Below are positions 16,742 through 24,608 of a stretch of DNA of 38,979 nucleotides, in pieces. Below the pieces are notes generated by a model. The model was not told the origin of the DNA. It made no database searches and worked only from the letters and a program-made list of their open reading frames with translations. The DNA comes from a virus (Duplodnaviria; Caudoviricetes). Location: positions 1 to 38,979 of the IMG/VR virus record IMGVR_UViG_3300037502_002406; one strand, written 5' to 3'. Every line of letters begins with the position of its first letter. Position 1 is the stretch's first letter. Both the position numbers and the translations under genes were made by a program.

Positions 16742-16932
16742 CCGTGTCTCACCTTGATGACCAGATCCCGATCAAGATCCACCACGCGCATGGCGGTGCC
16801 CCGAATCAGATCAGCCCTTTCCACGGCTTTCAGTGCGTCTTCAAGCCGCGAATACCGCGCTTGTTTTCGCCACAAGACTGATGTGGCCGACTGCTTTTCC
16901 ACGCTCCACGGCCTTAGATGTGTTTTCGGCAT
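16738..16932 (-). CDS. Hypothetical protein
   Basis: MPKTHLRPW start with GGTGA RBS; coupled. Confidence 0.5.
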   Translation of the reverse strand: MPKTHLRPWSVEKQSATSVLWRKQARYSRLEDALKAVERADLIRGTAMRVVDLDRDLVIKVRHG

Positions 16933-17156
16933 AGCTTCACCACGTCGCTGGGAATCAACGCGAATTGACCGCCCGCTTTGATGTCGAACCGTGCCCAGGT
17001 GTGAATGGCTTTGATCGTCGCTTCCAGCGCCTGCACCTTCGTTCTGAGACTCTGTGACTGCTGGTTCGAGCACGCCACGCACCGACGCGACTTCACGTAG
17101 ACATAGAAAACGTTTGATCCGCACTTCACGCAGGGCTTTTCAACTTCTGCTTTCAT
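16914..17156 (-). CDS. Zinc-ribbon protein
   Basis: KPCVKCG...CVAC. Confidence 0.6.
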   Translation of the reverse strand: MKAEVEKPCVKCGSNVFYVYVKSRRCVACSNQQSQSLRTKVQALEATIKAIHTWARFDIKAGGQFALIPSDVVKLCRKHI

Positions 17157-17325
17157 CCCACGGCCCCGTTCCGTCGTAGGTTGTTGCCACTTCATCGACC
17201 GACGCGCCCTGTTCAATCGCGTCGATCACATCCAGCGCATCCGATAATTGCGCCCGCAACGCTGCGACCTGCTCTCGCAGGCAGTAGATGCAGTCGTTGT
17301 GTTGCAACAAGTGACGGCAGATCAT
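17140..17325 (-). CDS. Small Cys/His protein
   Basis: CRH...CIYC plus coiled coil; ATGA-coupled to the exonuclease. Confidence 0.55.
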   Translation of the reverse strand: MICRHLLQHNDCIYCLREQVAALRAQLSDALDVIDAIEQGASVDEVATTYDGTGPWDESRS

Positions 17326-18239
17326 GTGAGCTTGAAAAACGTCGTGGATTTCTTGCGGAACGGCTCAAGATCCATGCCCTGAAGAACGGGGATCTTTGAG
17401 TAGTCCACAGCCCCAACTCGAGTGACCCACTGCGCCCGCAGAGCCCCGTGGGGCGTCTCAAGCAGTGACACATGGGTCTTGGGCAGGGATTCCTTCAGCG
17501 CGTCTTCCAGCGCCTTCTCACGCGCTTCCAGCGCCTTCTCACGCTCTTGCAGGGCCGCCAGTTGTGCTCTGACATCGATCAGTTCTTCACCGACTGAGAG
17601 AAGCGCCTGATCTTCCACGGGTACTTCGTCATCACCTTGAGGGTCAGGCAGTTCAAGGTTGTCCACTGACTCTCTGAATGCTTTCCACGCAATCTCAAGC
17701 AGGCCCCACGTCAGCGCGAGTTCATCGCGGGTCAGGTGATACGGCATGCCTAAATCCGCGCCAGGGTCGTACACCCAGAACACTGCTTTTTCGGCGTCAC
17801 AGCAGTGCATCTGATGTGCAAGCTGGGCCATGTAGTAGGCGGGGACGCCTTCACCTGATTGAACGTGTTTCCACAGATCGCTTTGTTGGCCTTTAGCCGG
17901 AATCTTGATCTCCAGCAGCGTCTTTCCATCAGGAGAAATCCCATCGAGAGACGCAGAAAAGTCCCCCCTGACAAACACGCCCGGCTCAAAGTCGATGCCC
18001 AGTGTGTCGCAAGCGTTCTTTCTCGCAGCGTCTTCAAACTGTACGCCGCGAGACATGGCCGCGTTCATGTGGACGGTCTTCAACCCCAACTTAACTTCGG
18101 CCAGTTGGCGCGGGGTCTTAGGAAACCACGGGCTGATTCCCAGCACTGCGGCAGCTTCACTGGCGTTGTTGAACTGCGATCTGTGTAGGTGCCACTCAGG
18201 CGTGCCCTGCTGAAGGTGAACCTTCGTGATGGCGTTCAT
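17322..18239 (-). CDS. YqaJ/lambda-exonuclease family recombination nuclease
   Basis: QGTPEW...R, ASEAAAVLG, G...E, ASLDG, LEIK and YMAQLAHQM motifs. Confidence 0.92.
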   Translation of the reverse strand: MNAITKVHLQQGTPEWHLHRSQFNNASEAAAVLGISPWFPKTPRQLAEVKLGLKTVHMNAAMSRGVQFEDAARKNACDTLGIDFEPGVFVRGDFSASLDGISPDGKTLLEIKIPAKGQQSDLWKHVQSGEGVPAYYMAQLAHQMHCCDAEKAVFWVYDPGADLGMPYHLTRDELALTWGLLEIAWKAFRESVDNLELPDPQGDDEVPVEDQALLSVGEELIDVRAQLAALQEREKALEAREKALEDALKESLPKTHVSLLETPHGALRAQWVTRVGAVDYSKIPVLQGMDLEPFRKKSTTFFKLT

Positions 18240-18880
18240 GCCGCCACCATCGCTTTCTTCTCGGCTGCGGTAATGGCCGTCTTGGCGGCTTCCAACTTGC
18301 TTGCCGGAAGGTCTGCGAGCGATGCCACGCCCATGAACTTGGCGAATGCAGATGGCTCTTTCCCGATCGCGGCAAGACGATCAGACATAGACGCCACGTC
18401 TTCAGGGGAAATCTTTCTCAGGGGGGCCTTGGAATGAACAACGTGCTCAACGGTGTTGCCAGATGCCGCATTTCCGTCGTCGTCATCTTCTGTCGCAAGG
18501 CAAAGAAGCATGGTCACGCCGTAGCGGCGCGCATACGTCAGCCCGCTTGCGTAAGCCTGGGCGGTTTTCCCGTCGCTCTTTTCAACGTGGATCATCGTGC
18601 GGTTTTCGATCCACTCACCCGACTCATGTGAAAGGCGGGTGAACAGCACTTCGATGCCCGAGTCCAACACTTCAGCGCCTTGCGAGATGGCAAGCCCATT
18701 GGCCGCTAGGGCAGGGCGCACCGCCGACATGATGGTTTCCAGCGGCGCATAGCTGAAGGTGTACGCTGACCCGCTTCGCGTAGCGACTCGCACGGTCTTG
18801 TCCCGTGCGATCAGCGGAAACGCGCCTTGGGCCGCTGCAAGGGCTTTTGAGATGTTTGCGGTCGATTCTGATGTGTGCAT
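18236..18880 (-). CDS. erf: ERF-family single-strand annealing protein
   Basis: YAPL, HESGEW and Q...SGLTYARRY...EDDDDGN motifs; GAGG RBS. Confidence 0.92.
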   Translation of the reverse strand: MHTSESTANISKALAAAQGAFPLIARDKTVRVATRSGSAYTFSYAPLETIMSAVRPALAANGLAISQGAEVLDSGIEVLFTRLSHESGEWIENRTMIHVEKSDGKTAQAYASGLTYARRYGVTMLLCLATEDDDDGNAASGNTVEHVVHSKAPLRKISPEDVASMSDRLAAIGKEPSAFAKFMGVASLADLPASKLEAAKTAITAAEKKAMVAA

Positions 18881-18890
18881 GTGCAACCTC

Positions 18891-19103
18891 TTAAGCAAGT
18901 GTGTAGAGAAGGACTGCAACGGACGCAGCCCAGACAATCAATCCAGCAATGCAGGCCCCGTGCTCGACCTGATCCGACCAACGCAGGCGAACCATGTCGG
19001 GCGACTGCCAGCGGGTGGTCGGGTTTTCTTGAACCAACCGACGATTGCTTGGCTGCTGGTCAAGTAAGGCCGCGTGCTTCATCCAGTCGATGTGCGCGTT
19101 CAT
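18891..19103 (-). CDS. Hypothetical protein with C-terminal TM helix
   Basis: ACIAGLIVWAASVAVLLYTLA. Confidence 0.55.
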   Translation of the reverse strand: MNAHIDWMKHAALLDQQPSNRRLVQENPTTRWQSPDMVRLRWSDQVEHGACIAGLIVWAASVAVLLYTLA

Positions 19104-19384
19104 TGGAAGGTTTCCATGTCTTCGACAGGGCAGTCGTGCCGGTAACTTGCGAGATCGTCTTCAACGCGGAACGCGAGCGACTGCAAAGACGCTTTCGTCC
19201 AGTTCACGCGGATCGGCGATCCAGAGTCGTCGACCAGGACGCAGCGCAAAACGGTCACGCTGGGCGAGTCGGTGTAGTCCTCGCGGCGGTAGGTGATCAG
19301 CGCAATCCGATCACCCAAGAGCCCACAGTCGACCAGAAGGCTGGTCAGGAACGTGTCGTGATCGCAGGGGGTGTGGACGTTCAT
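19100..19384 (-). CDS. Hypothetical protein
   Basis: ATGA-coupled; GGAGG RBS. Confidence 0.55.
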   Translation of the reverse strand: MNVHTPCDHDTFLTSLLVDCGLLGDRIALITYRREDYTDSPSVTVLRCVLVDDSGSPIRVNWTKASLQSLAFRVEDDLASYRHDCPVEDMETFQ

Positions 19385-19671
19385 TCGCCGTCCTCCACCA
19401 GTTCCTTTGCGACCCAGACAAGCTCGGAGTCGATCCACTCGTCCAAGGCTGCCAGGATGTCGGTGGCAGCAACCTGACGGCCCGATCTGCGAGCAGCGAT
19501 CAGGTTGGCAACGCGCTTCGTAAGCCTTTCATCGCCCTGAAACACCCGATCAATTGAGTGGGCGTCGGCCAGGATCTGTTCATGTTTCCACTCAATGCGG
19601 TCTTCCAGGCTGGGGCCCGGCTCGGGGGGAAGCGGTGCGCGCTCGTAGCCAATATTGCGGAAACTGCTCAT
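19381..19671 (-). CDS. Hypothetical protein
   Basis: ATGA-coupled; GGAGG RBS. Confidence 0.6.
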   Translation of the reverse strand: MSSFRNIGYERAPLPPEPGPSLEDRIEWKHEQILADAHSIDRVFQGDERLTKRVANLIAARRSGRQVAATDILAALDEWIDSELVWVAKELVEDGE

Positions 19672-20015
19672 GTGCCCTCCGGGCGTTCAAGTTGAAGAAG
19701 CCGTGAGACAAACGACGCGGCATATTGTTGGCCGCCTGCAGAAAGGCTGCGGAAGTCGCGAATCAGGTCGCGCTCTGCTGGGGAAAGTTCGGACTGATCC
19801 ATCCAGCCAGCGGGTTTTTTCATGCCGGCTTCAAGCTGACGGGCAATGTCATCCCCGATCCCGCGCGGACGACCGGCAGGGGTAGGAATGCGGTTTTTAA
19901 CTTGCGACAAGTAAGACGCCGGGACACCAGTCAGGCGCGCGAGTTTTGCGGCTGATCCTGCTTCGTCGATCAAAGCAAGCAGGTGGTGGTGGCGAATGTC
20001 AGCGATACGGCTCAT
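19668..20015 (-). CDS. XRE/HTH repressor-like protein (paralog 2; first gene of the leftward operon)
   Basis: IR...L..LIDEAGSAAKLA...SYLSQ...R.IGDDIARQLE...PAGWMD. Confidence 0.8.
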   Translation of the reverse strand: MSRIADIRHHHLLALIDEAGSAAKLARLTGVPASYLSQVKNRIPTPAGRPRGIGDDIARQLEAGMKKPAGWMDQSELSPAERDLIRDFRSLSAGGQQYAASFVSRLLQLERPEGT

Positions 20016-20145
20016 GTTTGTTGCTCGTCTCACTTGTCTGCGTCGGTTCATATGTCTTGCCTCGTCCATTTGACGTAGGGGGTATGGCGTAGCCCGAATC
20101 GCAGTTGCCTTGCGTTACTGGCAACGTGCGCTACCGGTGGAAAGC

Positions 20146-20175
20146 AATCTAGCAAATGCTTAACGTCGGCGTCAA
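20146..20175 (-). promoter_or_regulatory. PL-like promoter with operator
   Basis: TTGACG-18 nt-TAGATT, with the operator-like TAGCAAATGCTT (20150-20161) lying mostly within the spacer. Confidence 0.6.
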
Positions 20176-20225
20176 GCAAAGAGCAAAGAAAAAAGTTAGA
20201 ATTCCGCCAAAGGAGGTGGCGAGTG

Positions 20226-20384
20226 ATGGATCAACAAGAAGAAATGCGCGGGTTTCTCGAAGTACTTTCAGAGATGTCGGCGGACGAAGCTGCCGCCTGG
20301 ATCGCCAGGATCAGGGCTGCCGGGGGGCGGTGCGAATCGTGCGAATCCAGAAATCCCGCTCTGCAGATGGCAGCGACAAAATAA
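20226..20384 (+). CDS. 52-aa small protein convergent with the repressor
   Basis: Strong AAGGAGGT RBS at 20209-20216 and TAGAAT at 20197-20202; MDQQEEMRGFLEVLSEMSADEAAAWIARIRAAGG... Confidence 0.5.
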   Translation: MDQQEEMRGFLEVLSEMSADEAAAWIARIRAAGGRCESCESRNPALQMAATK

Positions 20385-20634
20385 GTTCCAGCAGTTCTTG
20401 GGCTTCTGTCGGGGCGCGAAAACCCCCGATCATTCCGTGATCAATGTCCAGCCATCGTTCGGGAAGACGTAAACGCGTCTCGAACTTGCGTGCAGTCTTC
20501 TCGGTGACCGGGCGTTTGCCTGTCAGCAACTGGCTCAAATAGGCCCCGCTCACGTCCAGCTTTTGGGCCAGCGCGTCTTGTGAGCCGGCCTCTTCAGCCA
20601 GCCTTCGCAGGTTCATTCGTCGTATGGATGCCAT
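20311..20634 (-). CDS. cI: CI-like HTH repressor without an S24 peptidase domain
   Basis: RRMNLRRLAEEAGSQDALA...AYLSQLL.GKR...ARKFE...PERWLD; divergent from cro. Confidence 0.8.
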   Translation of the reverse strand: MASIRRMNLRRLAEEAGSQDALAQKLDVSGAYLSQLLTGKRPVTEKTARKFETRLRLPERWLDIDHGMIGGFRAPTEAQELLELILSLPSAERDFWIRTIRTAPRQP

Positions 20635-20676
20635 AGCAGCGCGCAAAGCCTGCCGCATCGCTGTTTCCTGTACAAG

Positions 20677-20716
20677 AAGCAAACGCTTGACCTTTGCTTA
20701 ACTGTTCGCTTAAAGT
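20677..20716 (+). promoter_or_regulatory. PR-like promoter with palindromic operator
   Basis: AAGC-N4-GCTT operator (20677-20688) overlapping TTGACC-18 nt-TAAAGT. Confidence 0.6.
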
Positions 20717-20722
20717 GAGACC

Positions 20723-20938
20723 ATGAACAAGCAAAACAGTTTCAAGCATTTTTACGAGTCCCTGACTTCTCAAGAAAAGGGCCAGCTTGCCGAACGCGCG
20801 GGGACTCACCCCGTGTACCTCTGGCAGCTGGCCAAAGGAAAGAGAAGGGCAGGGGCCAGTCTCATCGAGCGGCTGATGGCCGCTGACAACCGCATCACGT
20901 TCCAGATGATGCGGGCACCAATCGACGACGTTGCCTGA
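20723..20938 (+). CDS. cro: Cro-like HTH protein
   Basis: LAERAGTHPVYLWQLAKGKRR; 71 aa, divergent from the repressor. Confidence 0.82.
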   Translation: MNKQNSFKHFYESLTSQEKGQLAERAGTHPVYLWQLAKGKRRAGASLIERLMAADNRITFQMMRAPIDDVA

Positions 20939-20967
20939 CGCCAACCGGCGGCGGGCGGTTTTTGTTT
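20933..20967 (+). terminator. Possible tR1-like terminator after cro
   Basis: GCCTGACGCC-AACC-GGCGGCGGGC stem followed by a T-rich tract. Confidence 0.45.
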
Positions 20968-20979
20968 GGAGAAAACCTT

Positions 20980-21171
20980 ATGAGCCAGTGCGACCGCATC
21001 GCAAATCATTTGAAGGCAGGCCGAGCGATTACGGCACTTGAAGCGCTCGAGCGCTTCGGGTGCATGCGCCTTGCTGCACGCATAGCAGATCTTCGTGATC
21101 GGGGGTGGCAGATCGTTTCGGAGCGCATCGAGCGGAACGGGAAGAAGTTCGCTCGTTACCGGATGGGGTGA
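20980..21171 (+). CDS. Winged-HTH protein
   Basis: SQCDRI..HL..G..IT.LEA...FGCMRLAARIADLR..GW.I pattern; GGAG RBS. Confidence 0.75.
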   Translation: MSQCDRIANHLKAGRAITALEALERFGCMRLAARIADLRDRGWQIVSERIERNGKKFARYRMG

Positions 21172-21177
21172 TTGGCA

Positions 21178-21921
21178 ATGGCGGAACAACTTGCATGGTT
21201 TCGCTGCCACGTTGACATCCTAGACGACGAAAAGCTCGGTCTTTTGGCGTTTGAGGATCGCTGGCATTTCATCGCGTTGCTCGCCTGCAAAGCAAAGGGG
21301 TTGATGGACCCTGAAGACGAGTTCGCCCGTCGCAAGATCCAGCGCAAGCTGGGCCTTACGATGGACGAGTTCGACAAGGCCATTGAGCGCCTTGCGCGGA
21401 TGAAGTTGGTCGATAAGGAAACGCTTGAGCCCGTCAATTGGGACAAGCGTCAGTTCACCTCAGACAAAAGCACGGCAAGGGTTCAGGCGTATCGGGAACG
21501 GATGAAACGTTCCAGAAACGTTTCTGAAACGCCCCCAGAATACAGAGAACAGAATACAGAGACAGAAGAAAAGACTAATACAGGCGACCTTACGGTCACC
21601 CCCGGCCCTCGCAAGCGAGCGCCGGCTGTCCCTGTGTCCGATGTTCTTGACCTTTACCACGAAATGCTTTGCCCACCTCTTCCCAAGGTGGAAAAACTCA
21701 CCGACACCCGCCGGGGGCTCATTCAGCAGCGCTGGCGAGAAGACCTGTCCGAGATCGATCACTGGCGGAACTTCTTCGCCCACGTCAAGCAAAGCGACTT
21801 TCTGATGGGCCGCACGACCAGCCGAGACGGGCGGCCCCCGTTCCGCGCAGACCTTGAGTGGCTCACTCGTCCGGCCAACTTCGCCAAGATCGCGGAGGAC
21901 AAATACCATGCGGTACGTTGA
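21178..21921 (+). CDS. Phage replication initiator / replisome organizer
   Basis: WFR...D.LDDEK, NWDKRQFTSD.ST.RV..YRER and ADLEWL.RP.NF.KI.E.KY motifs. Confidence 0.8.
   Translation: MAEQLAWFRCHVDILDDEKLGLLAFEDRWHFIALLACKAKGLMDPEDEFARRKIQRKLGLTMDEFDKAIERLARMKLVDKETLEPVNWDKRQFTSDKSTARVQAYRERMKRSRNVSETPPEYREQNTETEEKTNTGDLTVTPGPRKRAPAVPVSDVLDLYHEMLCPPLPKVEKLTDTRRGLIQQRWREDLSEIDHWRNFFAHVKQSDFLMGRTTSRDGRPPFRADLEWLTRPANFAKIAEDKYHAVR
21503..21570. repeat. Candidate replication origin (iterons) inside the initiator gene
   Basis: GAAACG repeats, a 14-bp palindrome CAGAAACGTTTCTG (21513-21526) and a tandem CAGAATACAGAGA. Confidence 0.5.
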
Positions 21922-22285
21922 ATCGCAGGCGTCCACGCGCCAAGCGCTTCGCCCCACTCGCTCGTGCCCTTGCGGCGAGCCTTCCACCGTCTGGCTTGCC
22001 CAGATCGAGCGCGCCGGGAAGCGACTTACAGTCGCCCCCAGCGAAGCGATGGAAAAAGACTGGAATTTACGTTCCGACACCATCCTGATCGGCTGGGTCG
22101 AGCGCTGCGGGTTTTGTTATTCCATCGAACGGATGAACGAGGACGCGGCGCGGTGGCGGGCAGAGCGCTCTGACCCGTACCCGATCCCTTCGTGGAAAAA
22201 ACCGCCATACAGTCTCATCACGTCACGCGAAGCGTTTTGCCAGCACTTCGGTGTTGCCCGCGTTGCGGATGCGTTGCGCCTATGA
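21908..22285 (+). CDS. Hypothetical Cys-containing protein downstream of the initiator
   Basis: CPCG...CGFC; overlaps the rep stop. Confidence 0.55.
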   Translation: MRYVESQASTRQALRPTRSCPCGEPSTVWLAQIERAGKRLTVAPSEAMEKDWNLRSDTILIGWVERCGFCYSIERMNEDAARWRAERSDPYPIPSWKKPPYSLITSREAFCQHFGVARVADALRL

Positions 22286-22527
22286 GCCGAAAGATTAAAC
22301 CCCGAATCACCGACGCCGACGCCAGCCCGCTCAAAGTGTTGGATGCGGAATCCATCGCTGCGGATGTCGAGCGCTTTCTCGCAGCGGGCGGCGCAATCGA
22401 GCGTCCCGCGTTTCGGCGGGACTACTTACGGTCGTTCAACAACAAGCAGCAAGGCATCCGCAGAGCGTGGGTGATTACCCCGCCTGATCTCAAACCCCAC
22501 CCGAAAGGAAAAACCCGTGAACGATAA
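22282..22527 (+). CDS. Hypothetical protein with SutA-like motif
   Basis: IAADVERFLAAGGAIE; ATGA-coupled. Confidence 0.55.
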   Translation: MSRKIKPRITDADASPLKVLDAESIAADVERFLAAGGAIERPAFRRDYLRSFNNKQQGIRRAWVITPPDLKPHPKGKTRER

Positions 22528-22768
22528 AACCTTCGTCCCTGGCGTCATCGTCAAGCGTGGCGACAACGCCCCCGATTTCATTCTGGCCAACGTCTCGGTG
22601 AAGAAGCGCGAGTTGATCGAATGGCTCGAAAGCACGCCCGGCGACTGGGTGAACTGGGTGCTGAAGCGTGGCCGGTCAGGCAAGTGTTACGCCGAAGTCG
22701 ATACGTGGCAGCCGCAAAAGCGGGCGGTTGATTTGGTTGCTCAACCGAACGATGAAATCCCGTTCTGA
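22517..22768 (+). CDS. Small SSB-like protein
   Basis: SGKCYAEVDTWQP and acidic C-terminal NDEIPF tail. Confidence 0.6.
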   Translation: MNDKTFVPGVIVKRGDNAPDFILANVSVKKRELIEWLESTPGDWVNWVLKRGRSGKCYAEVDTWQPQKRAVDLVAQPNDEIPF

Positions 22769-23181
22769 TGGACGGCATCTCGACTGTCATCCGCGATCCC
22801 GCCGTGATGGACCGCCAACTGGCAGCGGTCAATCAGGACGCCAAAAACCTGATCCAGCACGGCCCGGTCGTCGTGACGGTTGGGATTTTCCACTCGAAGC
22901 GGACCATCGATCAGAACAGCATGTTCCGGGGGCTTTGCCGGGACATCGCGGATGCCTGGAACAAGCACAACAGCACGACAACCAGCCCCGAAGCCGTCGC
23001 CCGTGATTTGAAAGTCGAGTACGGCGTCATCGTCACCGAGTACAGCCCGGTCACGGGAAAGCGGTCGGCCCGAATCAAATCGACGGCTGAGTACAGCAAA
23101 GCGGAAATGTCCGCGCTGCTGGACGCGACGCTTGCGTGGGCGGCAGACCACGGCATCCCCCTGAGAGATCCGCGCCAATGA
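22768..23181 (+). CDS. ninB: NinB/Orf family recombination protein
   Basis: KRTIDQN...DIA and ST..YSKAEMS.L...AWAADHGI motifs. Confidence 0.8.
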   Translation: MDGISTVIRDPAVMDRQLAAVNQDAKNLIQHGPVVVTVGIFHSKRTIDQNSMFRGLCRDIADAWNKHNSTTTSPEAVARDLKVEYGVIVTEYSPVTGKRSARIKSTAEYSKAEMSALLDATLAWAADHGIPLRDPRQ

Positions 23182-23588
23182 CTTATCGGCAGCGGGGCAA
23201 CAAATTCCGAGCGCAGAAAACCGAGTATGGCGGTCGTAAGTTCGACAGCAAGTTTGAAGCCGGTGTTGCCCGCGACTTGGATCTACGGCTGCAGGCCGGC
23301 GAGATTGCGGGATGGGAACCCCAGTTCCGGATTGAGTGCATCCCCTACAACGCACAGGGCCAGCCATTCCCCAAACTTGCCGTGCGCCATCGCGTCGATT
23401 TCCGAATTCACGAACTGGACGGCACCTACACGCTGCTGGAAGCCAAGGGCTTTGAAACCGACGACTGGAAACGCCGCCGCGATTGGCTGATGGCGTTTTG
23501 GCTGCCTGAGCACCCGGACCACACCTACGAAGTCGTCAAAGACCGTGGCAGGGCATGGACTCTTCCCTTCGGAAGGAAAAGCGCATGA
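23178..23588 (+). CDS. DUF1064-like PD-(D/E)xK nuclease
   Basis: NKFRAQKT...FDSKFEA, Q..F, VDF and EAKGFET motifs. Confidence 0.78.
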   Translation: MTYRQRGNKFRAQKTEYGGRKFDSKFEAGVARDLDLRLQAGEIAGWEPQFRIECIPYNAQGQPFPKLAVRHRVDFRIHELDGTYTLLEAKGFETDDWKRRRDWLMAFWLPEHPDHTYEVVKDRGRAWTLPFGRKSA

Positions 23589-23767
23589 AACACCACAAGG
23601 CAAGCCGTCAAACGATCAAGCTCTCGATCAAACGCTCACAAGCGCAGATCGAGCGCTATCTCGAAGACCTGACGCTGCACCCGGAAAGCCAGGAACTGAT
23701 CCGCTGGCTGATCCAGCAGGAAGAGAACACCCTGAAGACGCTTCAGAGGCTGTTATGGGCGAAATAA
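23585..23767 (+). CDS. Hypothetical protein
   Basis: ATGA-coupled; helical. Confidence 0.5.
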   Translation: MKHHKASRQTIKLSIKRSQAQIERYLEDLTLHPESQELIRWLIQQEENTLKTLQRLLWAK

Positions 23768-23952
23768 CCTGTAAGGAATGCGACGGCAAAGGGTTCTTCG
23801 AAAACCGCTCAGAACGCCGCAGAGAAGCCTGTAAGCGGTGCGGGGGCGACGGGGAACAACCCCTGTGCCCCAAGTGCAACATCCCGGGGGAATGGCAAGA
23901 CGACGAAAGGGGGTTCCGATGTTTTTCCTGTTTGCGAAAAGTGAGCGTCTGA
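23755..23952 (+). CDS. DnaJ-type zinc-finger small protein
   Basis: CKECDGKG, CKRCGGDG, CPKC and CFSC; GAGG RBS. Confidence 0.6.
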   Translation: MGEITCKECDGKGFFENRSERRREACKRCGGDGEQPLCPKCNIPGEWQDDERGFRCFSCLRKVSV

Positions 23953-24012
23953 AAACCTGCAAGGCCTGCGGGCAACTCAAACCGCAAACCGACTACACGA
24001 AAAGGGGGTCAA

Positions 24013-24270
24013 ATGTCAGGCGTGCCGGAAGTCATCTGCAAAACGTGCGGCAAAGCCAAAAGCGTCGACCAGTATTACAAGCGGGCGAACGGGCTGATCC
24101 GCCAACCCTGTCGGCGTTGTTACGCGGTCTACCAGAACAAACGCTACGTCCGGCAGAAGTCAGAACGCCAAGCGGAAGCCGCCAGTCTGTCGGCAAGTCT
24201 GTCGACCATTTCGACAGTGACGATCAGTCTCACAGGTCAGCTGGCAAAAACCGATATCGATCTGTACTGA
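24013..24270 (+). CDS. Zinc-finger protein
   Basis: CKTCG...CRRC; GGGGG RBS. Confidence 0.55.
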   Translation: MSGVPEVICKTCGKAKSVDQYYKRANGLIRQPCRRCYAVYQNKRYVRQKSERQAEAASLSASLSTISTVTISLTGQLAKTDIDLY

Positions 24271-24302
24271 GAGTCTTGCCACGAAGGGCAGGGGGGTCGA
24301 AA

Positions 24303-24311
24303 TGGTAAAAT
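24303..24311 (+). promoter_or_regulatory. Extended -10 late promoter candidate
   Basis: TGGTAAAAT upstream of terS. Confidence 0.45.
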
Positions 24312-24344
24312 GCGCGTGGGATTTTTTTTTACGGATTTTGATCG

Positions 24345-24608
24345 GTGCCGAAGGAAGACACCCAATTCAAGGTCGGAAACCGGGGCAGGCCGCCGGGTAG
24401 CAAAAACAAAATGGCCGTGGAATTGCGCCAGATGGTGCGCGAAGCCTTGGACCTGGCGGGCGGATCGGCGTACCTGCTGAGACAGGCCGATGAAAACCCC
24501 ACCGCGTTCATGGCGCTGGTGGGAAAGATCATCCCAAAGGAACTGGACGCCAAGGTGCAAGCGGACTTGATCGTCAACTGGCCGCTGGGGAAGACAGAAC
24601 TTGACTGA
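24345..24608 (+). CDS. terS: Terminase small subunit
   Basis: QFKVGNRGRPPGSKNK...AGG..YL..QA.ENPTAFMALVGKIIP; immediately upstream of terL. Confidence 0.8.
   Translation: MPKEDTQFKVGNRGRPPGSKNKMAVELRQMVREALDLAGGSAYLLRQADENPTAFMALVGKIIPKELDAKVQADLIVNWPLGKTELD

Noticed and set aside
23919-24308. Separate ORF containing KTCKACGQLKPQTDY overlapping the zinc-finger genes
   Set aside because: Only a short Cys motif looks real and the rest overlaps 24013-24270 out of frame. It may be a remnant, but cannot be supported as a gene.
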